DNA from: Eledone cirrhosa
Taxonomy: Eukaryota
Assembly (NCBI GenBank): GCA_964016885.1
Contig: OZ024741.1
Span: 33,046,001 to 33,110,000 of the forward strand
Reading direction: 5' to 3'
DNA length: 64,000 bases
Part shown: positions 30,091-44,241 of the stretch, in pieces
Numbering within the stretch: the first letter of the stretch is position 1
How the letters are laid out: each line of letters opens with the position of its first letter
Program-made: the position numbers and the translations under genes
The notes under the pieces: model-generated
What the model was told of the DNA's origin: nothing
The model's input: only the letters and a program-made list of their open reading frames with translations
Databases searched by the model: none

Positions 30091-30213
30091 GTACGTATTA
30101 ATCGAGTTGCAATGTATCACAACTTTTCCCCACCTGTTGGCGTATTTATCGACAGAAACGTTATAACATAATCGTTACAGCTTACGACAAAATATCTCGC
30201 GTTATTTGTACAG

Positions 30214-30402
30214 GGTGGATTGGCAGTATCGGTAGAGTGTCGAACGCCATGCTTTCCAGTATAGAGTTATGTCCCTTTATGGTCTGACTTCAAATCCCGC
30301 CGAAATTAACTTTGCCTTTCATCCTTACGAGGTCGATAAAATAAAGTACCTGTAATACACTGAGATAATTGCTGGCCTTGTGCCAAAAGTAGAAACAGTT
30401 AT
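30214..30402 (+). mobile_element. SINE (same family as 8036)
   Basis: Sequence identity by eye. Confidence 0.8.
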
Positions 30403-30599
30403 TTGTTCAGGATCTTTTTGCTCGGATTTCATATATTTTCGTTGCTAATTTTGAATTTAAAAAAAATTTGGCGTGCGATAATATAAGCTAGCAGTCAATA
30501 GCAGCGGGTTGGTGGAATTCTTAGAGTATCTGGTGAGATACCTTTCAGTATTTGTTCCCAAATACACTCTAGTATATTTTGGTGGTAGCCTTTATCAGT

Positions 30600-30885
30600 T
30601 GGTGTGATGGCACATAGCTTAATGGTTAGGGTGTTTGCCGTACGACCGTAATGTCATCGGTTCGCTTCCTGAACAGTCTGCTGTGTTGTGTTCTTGAGCA
30701 AAACACTTTAATTCACGTTGCACCAGTACACTCACCTGAAAGTGAGTACCAGCAGTAGCTGAGAGGTTAACCCTGCAATAGACTAGCGTCCTCTCCAAGG
30801 AGTGTCTTGTACTCCCAGTCACTTAACGCCAAGGAAACCGGCAATAAGCACCGGCCTGATGATCCTTCGGCTTAGAAGAGACTTT
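30600..30885 (+). mobile_element. tRNA-derived SINE with CORE-like and V-domain-like blocks
   Basis: TAGCTTAATGG A-box; GGTTCGCTTCC B-box; GTGTTCTTGAGCAAAACACTT; CCCTGCAATAGACTAGCGTCC. Confidence 0.6.
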
Positions 30886-31260
30886 ATCACTAGTTTAAAT
30901 TCACCAACTGGTTTTTTGGCACTCTTTAACAAATTCCATTTTGTTGCAATATTTTAGCCAGGTTTCCAAGATCCCTTCTCCTTCCTTCCCATCAGTCCGT
31001 GTAAAGCGTCACGGACACAGCTTTTCTCTACTTGATTAAAGAGTAACAAAATATATTAGAAGTCGTTGATAAGTACCTACTCGACTCCTCGTATATACAG
31101 TACGAAGGTTGGCTAAAACGTTCATAGGCGTAAAAGATCATAGGCTGACAAAGATACTCTCATGTATTGACCAAATGAGGTTTATTTTTCAACATAGTCG
31201 GGCGCGTCACACCTAAGTGAACTTAATGAACATTTGAAACCTTATCCATACATATTATTG

Positions 31261-31616
31261 TGCAGCTCTTTATGGTCTGAGTTCATATCCCGCCGAGGTT
31301 AACTTTGCCTTTCATCCTTACGGGGTCGATAAAATAAAGTACGAGTAATACACTGAGATAATTGCTGGCCTTGTGCCAAAAGTAGATACAATTATTATTG
31401 TGGATTGGCAGTATCGGTAGTGAGTCGGACAGTATGCTTAGCAGCATAGAGATACGGTCCTTTACGGTCTGAGTTCAAATCTCGCCGAGGTTAACTTTGC
31501 CTTTCATCCTTACGGGGTCGATAAAATAAAGCCCCAGTAACGTACTGGGGTCGATTTAATCGACTTTCTCTTCCCAAAAATTACTGGCCTTGTGCCTATA
31601 CGAGAAATCTTTATTA
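31261..31616 (+). mobile_element. Two tandem SINE copies (8036 family)
   Basis: Repeated GAGTTCA.AT..CGCCGAGGTTAACTTTGCCTTTCATCCTTACGGGGTCGATAAAATAAAG. Confidence 0.8.
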
Positions 31617-31811
31617 ATATTTCATTCTGCCTAAAGTACATACTGTAAACTACGGATCGGATGCGTTACAATCCCTAAACTATATATATATTTATACATT
31701 TATGAAGCGAATACCTATGTGTCTACTCTGGGAGTTTATTTAACATTACCTATTGAGTACGCTGAGATGCAACCGGTCCTAACAGTGAAACCCATGCTCT
31801 AGTTCCGTCAA

Positions 31812-31859
<48 letters not shown>

Positions 31860-31877
31860 TTGACGGAACTAGAGCAT

Positions 31878-31957
<80 letters not shown>

Positions 31958-31973
31958 GACTTGGACACAGTCA

Positions 31974-32022
31974 GCTTCCTGATGATTTCTCACGGATGAA
32001 ACAGTTCTAGTCCTGTAGAAGC
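31974..32022 (+). ncRNA. Hammerhead ribozyme (family 8)
   Basis: GCTTC-CTGATGA-tttctcacggat-GAAA-CAG-ttctagtc-CTG-TA-GAAGC. Confidence 0.75.
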
Positions 32023-32428
32023 TTTTCTATATTGATTATTCATACTCTGCTTTGTATTGAATACCTTACTTACTGTGGTTACCCCCAATTGAACTCGGGA
32101 TAATCTTATATATATATATATATATTGTTATACTTGGGGAGGGTCATATTTGCGTAATATTGCCAGAATTAATAACAGAACACACTCACTGTTTGGTTGG
32201 TTTTCGCTTCTCGCTGTCTTTTTGCGATGTTTGCTCTAATCGAGATTAGAGCAAACATCGCGGGCGCTCTATCTCAAAATCATTTTTGAAAAGCATTAGA
32301 AATGCGTAACCGGTAAAAACTTAAAACTAAAACTGAATACTAACCAATACTTATTACTAATTTTTACTTATTCCTAATTAAACTATTTTTCACTGGGAAC
32401 AATTTGTCAGCATTTTCTTTTCCTTTTA

Positions 32429-32499
<71 letters not shown>

Positions 32500-32505
<6 letters not shown>

Positions 32506-33858
32506 ATACTTGGGGAGGGTCATATTTGTGTAATAATATTGCCAGAATTAATAACAGAACACACTCACTGTTTGGTTGATTTTCGCTCCTGTATCTTTTA
32601 TATCGATTAATTTAATTTATTCGGTCCTCAATGTTACTATTGACTGACCAACGGTAATAAATACAGATACAATATAGACACAAACACATATATATAGTCT
32701 AACAAAGTTCTTTCGTTGCACATCTGCAACATCATCAGTGGTGCTATTATGTTTCCTCCTGTTGTATTGTATGCCTACGCCATCTTTATTTAGTCAGTTT
32801 ATTTTATTTTTTTTTTGTGTTCTCTGCGCATGCGTTTGCGTGTGTGTATAGTGTTTCATGTGTGTTCGTGTTTGGGTGACTGTGTATTGGTTATTGTATT
32901 CTATCTTAGTTTACTAGTGTGTGTTTATATGTGTTTGTTGTTATTATGCTTGTGTATGTATTTATTTATTTATTTATACTTCTCTTAGGTCAGTATTATT
33001 TGTTTGCGTGTTGTTGTTATTCCATTCATTTTTTCTGTTTAGACTAGGCCTTCTAAGTTCTATTTCGCTGGCCTTTCTGATTTGCCTATCTGCTGGGTCA
33101 TTTCTATGTTTAGATATTATTCTAATTTCTATGTTGTCTATGTTACCGTTGTGTGAACCGTTCATATAGTACTGAACCGTTTTTTCGTCCTTGTTATTCC
33201 CCCCAGTGTTGGTCTATCCTTTCACCTATGCTACGAGCTGATGAAGTGTTGGATGTGTCTTTCCCTTTCAGTTGGGTCGCACATGCGGGCCACGTTCTTC
33301 ATCACTCGTACCAAATCTGCGATCAGAATATTAAACTTAGCACTACTGGACATTGCTGAGTTTTTGAGTATCAGGTATTTGGAGACCATGGGTTTAGCGT
33401 AGTGTGAGTGGAGAATTTTAGGCTCTCTCGTCTATAGTGTTAATCCAAAGTTCCGTGTCTAATACAGGTAGTCTATTGTTAGGGTGTTTGGAAGGGTAGT
33501 CGATAGTTAGTTATACTCTGGTGTATGGAATTAGCTATCTGCTGGATGCTTTCCATTCTGCTACGTTCTAAATCAAACTTGTTAGTACTCTCTTGTGGGG
33601 ATGTCCTTATTACTATATTGATGTCGTCTACGTAACGAGAGTACATGATGAGGTCTATGGAGCTCTCATCAAGGAGATCTTTGAGTCTCCTTTCCCACCA
33701 TACCATAAAAAGGTTGGCAACGTCACCAGCTATGCTGACGCCAATGGCTGCTGCCTCATTTTGGGTGTAGACCTTCTCGTTGAATTTGTATATGTGGCCC
33801 TTTAGGGTAGTTTTGATACTAGCCCCTATTACATGTGCGACCATTTTTCTTACCTGAT
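32500..33858 (-). mobile_element. Penelope-like retroelement, 5'-truncated and internally deleted (RT plus GIY-YIG C-terminus, HHR in 3' UTR)
   Basis: YKFNEKVYTQ..AIGVSIAGDVANLFM..RYVDD (33479-33860); RQIRKASEIELRRPSLNRKNEW (32974-33165); HHR motif at 32700-32745. Confidence 0.85.
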
Positions 33859-33979
33859 CTCTCTCTATATATATATATTTGTATGTACGTATGTATGGTA
33901 TGTACAGAAATAACAACACAATCGGTACAGTATATGGAAGGGATATATTAAGTTAACGCTTGATATAGCAGGAAGAGGG

Positions 33980-34015
33980 TCTTAACGTTTCGGACGCTAG
34001 TCCTTCATCAGAAGA
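33980..34015 (-). ncRNA. Minimal hammerhead ribozyme (family 9)
   Basis: TCTT-CTGATGA-A-GGAC-tagc-GTCC-GAAACGTT-AAGA. Confidence 0.8.
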
Positions 34016-34822
34016 AAGAATGAGAAATAAGATAGATTGAGGGAGAGGGGCGGGCTGGGAGCAAAAGTATGTTAATATAAGAGTGTGTATGTGTGTGTAC
34101 AGAGCTGTGAAGTTAAAAGTGGAGCGAGCATATATAGTCGGTCTGTATTAATTGTTAATGATCAAGACTGAGCGATAGGAAACTAGGGGTGAATGTACAA
34201 GCGCGTGTGATAATAGAGGCTGGAGGAAAGGAGATAGATATGTGTATGTATATATTATATATGTATACATGTGTATGTTTGTATGTATGTGTATATGTAT
34301 GAATATATGTCCGTATGTATATATAAATGTATGTATATATATATGTTTGTAGGTATATATGTATATATGTAGGTATGTATGCATGTATGTACCTATATAT
34401 GTATGTATATATCTAGATATGTCTGTATGTAGGTAGGTATGCCTGTATGTATGTATGTGTGCGTGTATGCATGAATGTGTGTATGTAGGATTTGCACATA
34501 GACGTATTTGATGGTGTTAGTTGAGGTAATGGTATTTTCAGATTGCAATTAATTGGAAACTCTGTGGATGATTCTGAGACACATTTCCATGACACTAAAA
34601 TCTAGTAAGCTGCTACTTAGACTAATTAAAGTCCAAAACTAGAGCCTGACACTATACTGTTCAGGCACGCTCAAATGTCGTTTAAAAAATTGATGACGTT
34701 AAATTAGTGGCAGGTGCTGTTACTTCGAAAATAAGGACAAGGCAACAAATATTAATAAAGAAATATATATATATATATTCTCATACCCACGCACGCACAC
34801 ACACACACACACACACACCCAC

Positions 34823-34929
<107 letters not shown>

Positions 34930-34994
34930 CAAAACAAAACAAAACACAGGAGGCAAAATTACACAGTTATATTTCATATATATATATATATATG

Positions 34995-35450
34995 CAAAAG
35001 TTCTATTTAAAGTTGTTGGGATACAACAAGTAAATATTTTTATAACTGATATAAAGCACTCGACAAATTTTTGGAGTAGATATACGATATTAATAAATGG
35101 AAACTATATTTATAAAACCATATTTATTTCATTATACATATTTTAGGGATACCACATTAAATTATGGTATGCCTTCATCAGACAAAATACAATATATAAC
35201 AGTTTTACAAATAGCTTTGACGTACCCTTTTAAAATACAACCATTACTTTTGGAGGCTGTCTGGATAGCGTCCAAACAGCCTCCAAAAGTAATGGTTGTA
35301 TTTTAAAAGGGTACGTCAAAGCTATTTGTAAAACTGTTATATATTGTATTTTGTCTGATGAAGGCATACCATAATTTAATGTGGTATCCCTGAAATATGT
35401 ATAATGAAATAAATATTGTTTTATAAATATAGTTTCCATTTATTAATATC

Positions 35451-35454
<4 letters not shown>
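34995..35454. mobile_element. Fold-back HHR element (family 3)
   Basis: Arms ~35082-35265 / 35271-35454; HHR CTGATGA at 35355 (+). Confidence 0.8.
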
Positions 35455-35499
<45 letters not shown>

Positions 35500-35635
35500 G
35501 ATATCCACAGTATGTTGTGGGGTCTTACATAGATCGATATCGAAATATAGTTACGATATATTATCATCACCTAGAAACGATCGTAAAGCAGTGAAGTATA
35601 TTTCTAATGACTTGATTTTTTATTTAATTGTTTTA

Positions 35636-35700
<65 letters not shown>

Positions 35701-35819
35701 GAAATATAACTGTATAATTTTGCCTCCTGTGTTTTTTGTTTTGTTTCATTTATTAACTATATATACAATGAGAGCGAGAGAGAAAAAGAGCGAGCGAGAG
35801 GGTGAGAGAGAGAGAAAGA

Positions 35820-35889
<70 letters not shown>

Positions 35890-36225
35890 TCTTTCTTTCT
35901 GTATTTGCCACAGGGGCGTACAAAATGGGACATTACAAGACGTGACGGCGGGGTATTTACATAAAAATCCTATAAGTTTAACATTAATAAATAACAATAA
36001 ACTATAAATAATAAAATAACAATTGAAATCCCTAATAGCGGGGAACGTTATTGCAGGGTTGTTTTACACCCCGTGGATAGAACAACCCACAACACCAAGA
36101 ACACGTTTTGTATGTGTTCCCGTCTTCCCTCTATTCATCTTCCTCAACCTACAGGCCATTTTCGCCACATTCACCCACCTTTCAGCGAATTTACTTGCGT
36201 GTAGCACCTCTCTCTCCACTCTCAC
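35890..36225 (-). mobile_element. Tx1-like LINE 3' UTR fragment
   Basis: Homology to the ORF2 end and 3' UTR of neighbouring copies. Confidence 0.7.
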
Positions 36226-36234
36226 CAGACAGAC

Positions 36235-36271
<37 letters not shown>

Positions 36272-38195
36272 TATTTCTTTTATTTGCCACTAGGGCATCA
36301 AAAGTGGGACAAGTACAAAGGGGGGAGTTTACACAAAAAGGCGTCCTCAATAAGGAGGAGGCAATAACAAAATATAAAAATAAAATAAGATATAACAAAA
36401 AATAAAATTTTTAACAAAGTCCTCAATAGAGAGGAGGCGCCTTGGGGGGTCGCACACACCCCCGAAAAAAGTGTGCAACCCTTCTCCTCAGGAGCACAGA
36501 GAAGGGGTGCTCCCTTGGTCTTTCATCTTCCTCACCTATAGTCTGATGTAGAGTGAAGGCCCATTCACACGGGCCATTCTCGCCACTTTCACCCATCTTT
36601 CATAAAAACGGCTGGGGTGCAGCACCTCTCTCTCCATCCTGATCCTTCTTCCAAAATGATATCGGAAGAAACGGACCAGTTGTTGGCCAGAGAGAAAGGT
36701 GCCCGACCTCAGTCCTTTCAGACGCGTCCACCATACAACCTCTTTCGCCATGGCTATTACGCACAGAAACACCGCCTCTGCTTCATCTTTGAAGGGGGGA
36801 GGCGGCTTGATCATTACAATAGACTCGGTGGTCAACCGGATCGGTCCCACCCTTGACAGCAGTTGTTCGACATAGCCCCACAGATCGGCTACGCCCGAGC
36901 AGTGTACTAATGCGTGTGCAACGGTTTCCTCGTCGCACACGCATCTGGGACAGATCTTTTTGGCGGGGTCCCTACCCGGGCGCCCGTGTCTGTAGAGCCT
37001 TTCTCGAACGGGTAAAGCCCCTCGGTAGCACTGCCAGGCCAGGGACTTCTGGAAGTTGTCCATAGGTCCCGGGCTGAATGTCCTACCGAACAGGCTGGCC
37101 AGTTCGTCCTCCTCCATGTCTAGGGCTTCTCCGAGGGCGTCGTCGCACCTGCTGCGTACCAGCCCTCTATAGAATGTTGCGGTGGAGTCTCCACTGATAA
37201 CCGGATCCGCCTGCCAGAGGGCGGTGAGCGCCTGGGCACACTCAGTGTGCCAGGCGCCCAGTTTTCTCGGTCTTTGCTTGACCCAGGATTGCAGCTCGGT
37301 GAGTGAGACGAGTCTGGGAAAGGTTCGTCTCACAAACGAGGCCCACACCGGTTGTCCGGTGAGGAATACGTAGAGGTGCCGTAGCCTTAATGCGTGTTTA
37401 CGCATCATTAGCCACGGCATCCCCAGCCCTCCTTTCGAAGGGTGTTGACAGCAGATGGATCTCCTCACCATAGGAGCCCGCCTCTTCCAAAGGAATTGGA
37501 AGAGCGCGCGCTCCATCTTGGTGAGGGTTTCCCTTGGGCAGGGCACTACGGTCAGGCGGTAGTAGATGACGGACGCTATGTAGGTGTTCGCCACCTCCGC
37601 CCGACCTTTCAGGGATAGTTTGCAACTGGCCCACTTCTGGGTCAGTGCAAACACCCTGTTCGTAACCTCCGCCCAGTTTTTCTCCACCTGGAGGTCCGGT
37701 CCGAACCAGACCCCGAGCAACTTCACCGGGCCCTCCGTCCAGCGTCCGACGACGCTATCGGAGGGCATCGGTCTGCCCCTCCACGTGCCGAGTTGCAAAC
37801 CGATCGACTTGTCCCGGTTCAGCTTAGCCCCTGTGAACTTTTCGTACTCCTCCAGTAAGGTGCCGACCGCCTCGATTTCGGAGGCCGTCGACACCATTAC
37901 TGTCACGTCATCGGCGTAGGCCGACACCGCTTTCCGCAATCCCGGTTCCAAAGGGATGCCCTGCAACAACTCCAACTTCCGCAGTAGTGGCTCGAGAGTC
38001 AACACATACAGAAGGGAGGAGAGAGGGCACCCTTGTCGGATAGACCGCGCGATTTTGAACGGCTCCGAGAGGTAGCCGTTCACCTTGACCATAGAGCAGA
38101 TGCGGCTGCTGTGCATAGCAGTGATCCAGCCCCTGAAAACAGGTCCGAAGCCTGCCGCCGCTAGCACCGCATCCAGGTAACCATGGTCGACTCTA
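36272..38195 (-). mobile_element. Tx1-like LINE, 5'-truncated; open 543-aa RT/Zn-finger stretch (36536-38167)
   Basis: RQGCPLS, YADD, C-terminal CPRC..H..HC; followed by (TATC)n. Confidence 0.9.
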
Positions 38196-38196
38196 G

Positions 38197-39120
38197 ATAA
38201 ATTACTTTATTAGCCACAAAGGCACAAAAGAAGGGGACAAATACAAATGGGGAGTTTACACACATGTATATGAAAATAAAACTATTAATAAAACAACAAA
38301 TAACAATTGAAATCCCCAATAGGGGGGAGGTGTTACACAAAAATGTACAACCCTCATCTCCAGGAGCACCAAGAGTGAGTACTCCCTTCCTCACTTCCTC
38401 GGGCCATTCTTGCCACATTCACCCACCTTTTATAAAATTTGCTGGGGTACAGTATCTCTCTCTCCATCCGGATACTTCTTCCAAAATGATATTTGAAAAA
38501 ACGAATCAGTTGCTCGCCGGAGAGAAAGGTGTCTGACATCAGCCCTTTTAACCTCGTCCACCATATAACCTCTTTCACCATAGCCATAACACATGGGAAA
38601 ACCGCCTCTCCCTCGTTTTTGAGGGAGGGTGGCGGTTTGATCATGACAGTGGACTCAGTGGTCAACTGGATTGGTCCCAACCGCGACAATAGTCGTTATA
38701 CATAGCCCCACAGGTCGGTAACGCCAGGGCAGTGTACGAATGCGTGTGCGACGGTTTCCTCGTCGCGCACGCATCTCGGACAGATCTTTTTCGAAGGGTC
38801 CCTACCCAGGTGCCCGTGTCTGTAGAGCTTCTCTCGAACTGGTAGAGCTCCTCGGTAGCACTTCCAGGCCAGGGACTTTTGGAAGTTGTCCATTGGTTCC
38901 GGGCGGAAGGTCCTACCGAACAGACTGGTAAGTTCGTCCTGCTCTACGCCTAGAGTTTCTCCGAGCGTGTCGTCGCACTTGCTGCGGACCAACCCTCTAC
39001 AGAATGTCGAAGTGGAGTCTCCACTGATCGCCGGGTCCGTTTGCAAGAGGACTGTGAGCGCCTGAGCACATTCGATATGCCAGTCGCCCATTCGCCCAGT
39101 CGCCCATCGCCCATCGCACA
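38197..39120 (-). mobile_element. Tx1-like LINE 3' fragment
   Basis: ORF2 C-terminal peptides and the conserved 3' UTR. Confidence 0.85.
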
Positions 39121-39123
39121 TAC

Positions 39124-39186
<63 letters not shown>

Positions 39187-39189
<3 letters not shown>

Positions 39190-42100
39190 TTCTTTATTAT
39201 CCACAAGAGCGCACTAGAAAAGGGGACAATACAAAGACATGCCGGGGATTTTACATACAGTCGTGTAAAAAATATAAAAACAAACAATTACAACAATCGA
39301 AATCCCCAATAGGGGGGAGGCGCCACAAATGGGTTGTTTAATACCCCGTCGATAGAACAACCTTCAACTCCAGGAGCGTGTTGTGCAAGTGCTCCTTTCT
39401 TCCTTTTGCTCTCTTCCTCAACCTACAGGCTTATAAACAGAGAAGGCCCAATCACTCTGGCCATTTTTGTTTCATTCACCCACCTTTCAGTAAATTTACT
39501 GGGGTGCAGTGCCTCTCTCTCCACCCTGATTCTCCTTCTAAAGTGATACTTAAAGAAGGTAATCAATTGTTGTCCGGAGAGAAAGGCATCTGTCCTCACT
39601 CCTCTCAACCTCGTCCACCATATAACTTCTTTCACCATAGCCACTGTACAGAGGAAAACCGCCTCTCTTTCGTTTTGAAAGAGGCTGGCGGTTTGATCCT
39701 TACTATGGACTCGGCAGTCAACTGGATTTGTCCCATATGCGACAGGAGTTGTTCTGCATAGTTCCACAGGTCAGTTACGCCCGGGCAGTGTACAATTGCG
39801 TGCAGGACTTTTTCAATGTCCTGCGCGCATCGTGGGCACGTCCTCTTGGAAGGATCCCTGCCGGGGCGTCCGTGCCTGTAGATCTTGTCACGAACCGGTA
39901 GAGCTCCTCTGTAGCACTGCCAGGCCAGGGACCTCTGGAAGTTGTCCATAGGTCCCGGGCGGAAAGTCCTACCAAATAGACTGGTGAGCTCATCGTCTTC
40001 GACGCCCAGTGTCTCTCCGAGCACGTCGTCGCCCTTGTAACGTACAATCCCTCTATAGAATGTCGAAGTGGACTCTCCACTGATTGCTGCGCCCGATTGC
40101 CAGAGAACTGTGAGCTCCTGAGCGCATTCAATGTGCCAGGCGCCCATCGTTTTCGGTCTTTTCTTGACCCAGGACTGTAGCTCCGTCAGCGAGGCGAGCT
40201 GTGGGAAAGCCTGTCTCACAAACGGTGCCCACACCGGTTGGGGGTCGGTGAGGAATACCTGGAGATGCCGCAGCCTCAGCGCATCATCAGCCACGGCATT
40301 CCCAGCCCTCCGTTGGAAGGGTGCTGACAGCAGAAGGATCTCTTCACCATCGGAGCCTGCTTCTTCCACAGAAACTGGAAAAGTATGCGTTCCATCTTGG
40401 CGAGGTGTTCACGGGGACAAGGCACGACAGTCAAACGGTAGTAGATGACGGACGCTATGAAAGTGTTCGCCACCTCCGCTCGACCTTTCAAGGACAGTTT
40501 GCACTCTTCCCACTTCTGGGATCAAGACCCCGAGCAATTTCACCGGTCCGCCTGTCCAGCGTCCAACTACGCTGTCGGACGTCATCGGATTGCCTCTCCA
40601 CGTACCGAGATGCAAACCGGCAGACTTGTCCTGGTTTAGTTTTGCTCCCGTCAGCCTTTCGTATTCTTTCAGTAAGTTGCCGATCACCCCGATTTCCGAG
40701 GTGCTCGACACCATTACCGTCACGCGCCCGTGTTCGAGAGACGCGGCAGGCTGTCGAGGTATGAACTAAAGTCCATTGCCCCGTTCGGCTCACCGTCGTT
40801 CTACTCAAACAGTCGCACAAAGTGCCGCTGAAAGGCCGCGCACATTTGCTTGGGGTCAAGTAGCACGCGTCCGTTTTGGTCTTTCAAAGACCGAATTGTG
40901 GACTTGTTGCCACTTTTTGCCTCCACCACTCGGGCCCAGCTGAGAGCTTTCGCTCCTTCGTTTCCTAGAGCACGTGTTTTGCTTCTGACCACGCAGCCTT
41001 CGTGTTTCGCATCGGAGAACTGGTCCAGTGCCGTCCTCGAAGCTAACACTCTAGCCGCGTTGCCACTTCTGAGTGCCTCCTCTACCTTGGCTACTAGTTC
41101 TCTTTCTATTCTGTTTTTCTCTAAGGCTAACTCTCTGCTATACCCTATCGATTCTATTCTAATTGCTTTCTTGAGAGTGCACCACCATCTATTGTTGACG
41201 ATGGCTCCCGTTAACTGTTGCTTGACTAGTCTACTTATCCGTTCACTGTAAGCTTTACGTGCCGGCACTGACACGTTCAGTTTCCAGTATCCGGGACCAT
41301 ATAGACAACCATGTGCATTAGACAACCATGTGCATTCGTGGACAGCTTAACATATCCTTGTCCTTTTCTCTAATGAAGAACCTATCTAAATACGATCTAG
41401 ATGTCCCACTGCGGTTTGCCCACGTCCACTGTGGTGCAGTCGGGAAATCCAGTCGATACCTATCGGCCAGTTGGAATTGGCCGATTAAAGTTTTGAGGCT
41501 GTTGCACCCCGCTCTACTGGGACATGCTCCCACATAGTCCCATCGTGCATCTAGGATACCATTCCAGTCCCCCACTAAGAGTAAGGAGCGAGACGTTCCC
41601 AGAAAAGACTCTAGACGCTTAAAGAAGTCTGGCCGTGATTGCCCTTGCCCGGTCGGGGCATAAGCGGCCACCAGTCTGAAGGCTCCACCTCCAATACTGT
41701 TCACGTTGAGGACTACCAGTCTACCCTCCGGGTCCAAGTGTACTTGCTGTACTCCGACGTCCAGGTTCTTCCGAAACATGACAGCCACTCAATCTCAACT
41801 CCTGTCTGACAGAGAGATGCGTAGATCTCAAAGTCGTCGAAGATGGGGGTTAGTTGCTGCCTGTTGTGGATCCTGGACCTGGTGATGGCTATCACATCCA
41901 TACTGTGTGACCTAAGGTCGTTTAAAAGTTGGCCCTGTTTCCAGGGCATCCCTAGGCCACGCACATTCACGGTTCCAACTCGTAAACCAGCCATGTTGGT
42001 GAAGAAAAGTTGGAGAAAAAGGACGAAAGGCGCACTTACCTTTTCGTTTCTTGGAGATCGGGTTGTTCAATCTCCATTTGGGTGCTGGATTGGGTGTTGG

Positions 42101-44085
42101 GTGGGATGGGGAAACATTTTAACAGGATGCGGTTGATGGGTTTGTGGCAAGGGTTGCCCACGTCCTGTGAAAATTTATTTTTTAGGTCATTATAGGCTTC
42201 CATAGAAACCCTTATAAGTTTAAGGTGTGGAGACGATTCTGCCTTGACGAAAGTTTTGCCCTCCGTCTCCACCTTCGGGTTTTGGGAGATGGCCTCCATC
42301 AAACTCTTGTTGTTTGTGTTGATGTATGCGTATTGTTGTTTGTGTTTCTGTTGTGTCGTTTTAGTTTGTTGTTCGTCCGGGAGTTTTCTTTTTATGGTGG
42401 GTGCTTGTGTTTGGGGTGGTGTTGGTGCTGGTTTTGCTGATAGGGGGATGTTTGACTGTGGTGTGGTTTGTGTCTGTGGTTGTGTGTTGGTGTTGGTGAT
42501 TGGAGTTTTGGGGGTTTTGTGGTGTCTCTTTTTCTGTTTTTTAGATTTCCGCGGTTCTCCCTCTTCTTCACTTAAAGAAGGAGAAGCAGCTTCATCCGTC
42601 GATGAATAATCATCGTCAGGTGTGTGGGGTAAGGGTATGTTGTGTGGTGGTGGTTTTTCGGTGTGTGTGTTTGTAGTAGTGTTTGATGGAGTGGGATAGA
42701 GTGGGGCTGTGTTCTTCAGGGGTGTTGTCTCTGTTTTTTCTGTTATTGGTTGAGTGGCTGTTTGTTTTGGTGTGGTTGTTCGTTTTGTCTGTCGTTTTAC
42801 TTGTGGTGGTGGTGATTGTTTCGGTGTTGGTGTTGGTAATAATGTATTTTGAATGATGTTGTTGTTGTGTGACAAGAGGCTTTTAGGTGTGCGGTGCTAC
42901 CACAGCGAAAGCAATGAAACTTTCGTCCTTCTACCGAAATGTCTATTTTGTTGTTATTATTGATGACGACTCTTTCGGGTATTTTGGAGATTCTCTCCGG
43001 TTTCATTTGCAACAGAATCTTCAAATCTGTACCCGCCCACCTTTGTCGAATAGATTTTCGTATCGAAAGAATCATATCAGTTTCTGGCTCTACGAAGCCA
43101 GCCAAGATCCACCAGATGTTAATGTTTGGAGGTATGTTTTTTATTTTTATTTTTTGTGTCCTTTTTCCATGTATGTAGGGAAAAAGGTGTATGCTTTTGA
43201 CACCATTGGTGTCACAGAGTGTTTTTGGGCGAGTGCCTCGCTTTTAAACAGTACGGAAACACTTCCGTACTGTTTTCCTCGCTGGAGAAAATCGACATTT
43301 GCTAGAATTTCCTTGAAAGTATCTTCTATATCTGCTTGGCTAACAAATGTCGGCTTTCTTGTGGAATTTGACACAGTCCTAAAGGTGACTAATCTGCGAA
43401 TTGTGTCTTCCTTTATTTCAAGGGGTGAGTTAATTCTAACCCCACCTCTTTCTTCAAGATTTATAAAATCTTGTTTTTTGTTCACTGTTTCAGCGAAAAC
43501 ATTTTTTTTTGTGTGGTGTTGCTGTTGTTGTTGTTGTTGTTATCGTTGTTAGCCTCGGTGTTGGAAATCTCAGTTCCTTGTCGAGGTGAAACATTATGTG
43601 TAGATGTATCTGTAGAGTTGTTGATGTCTTTTTAATGTGTATGTATGTTAAGGGATTTAATTCCTGTGTTTTCCTCTGTGTTATTGTTATTTTTCTCCAC
43701 TTTGACGGTAGAAATTTTAAAATCTTCAAGTGGTAATACTTTTTCTTTTGTTATCTTTGTTGACAGTCGTATCTATGGCGACGTCCATAGTAGCAGAAGC
43801 AGATATAACGTTAATATCTGCCTCTTTCTCTCTCTTTTCTCTATTAACGTTCTCCAGCGTTCTTGTGTTGCTCAAGTTATTTATTTTGTAAAATCTTATA
43901 TTTTAAAACACATTTTTAAAATAAAATGTTCGCCCCTGCAGGGTCGAAAAATGGGATTACCACCCAGCTGACAATTCAGCTTGGGGGTTAATCTAGAAAA
44001 TGTTATGTTTTTTCAAACAATTAGTTCGGTTTTTTGTATAGAAATAAACAAAAAAGCTAACCGGCGATGTTCCACGCGTCAGACA
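39187..44085 (-). mobile_element. Tx1-like LINE, near full length, RT core deleted
   Basis: ORF1 with CFRCGSTAHLKASC knuckle (~43750-42036); ORF2 from ATG 41994 with APE motifs (NVRGL, GDWN, YLDR); (TATC)n on both sides. Confidence 0.9.
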
Positions 44086-44092
44086 AAAAGAG

Positions 44093-44129
<37 letters not shown>

Positions 44130-44130
44130 T

Positions 44131-44215
<85 letters not shown>

Positions 44216-44241
44216 GGTAGAGAGATAGATAAATAGATAGA

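Noticed and set aside
30830-30880. GAAAC...CTGATGA in the SINE tail as a hammerhead
   Set aside because: Motif order and helices do not form a convincing core
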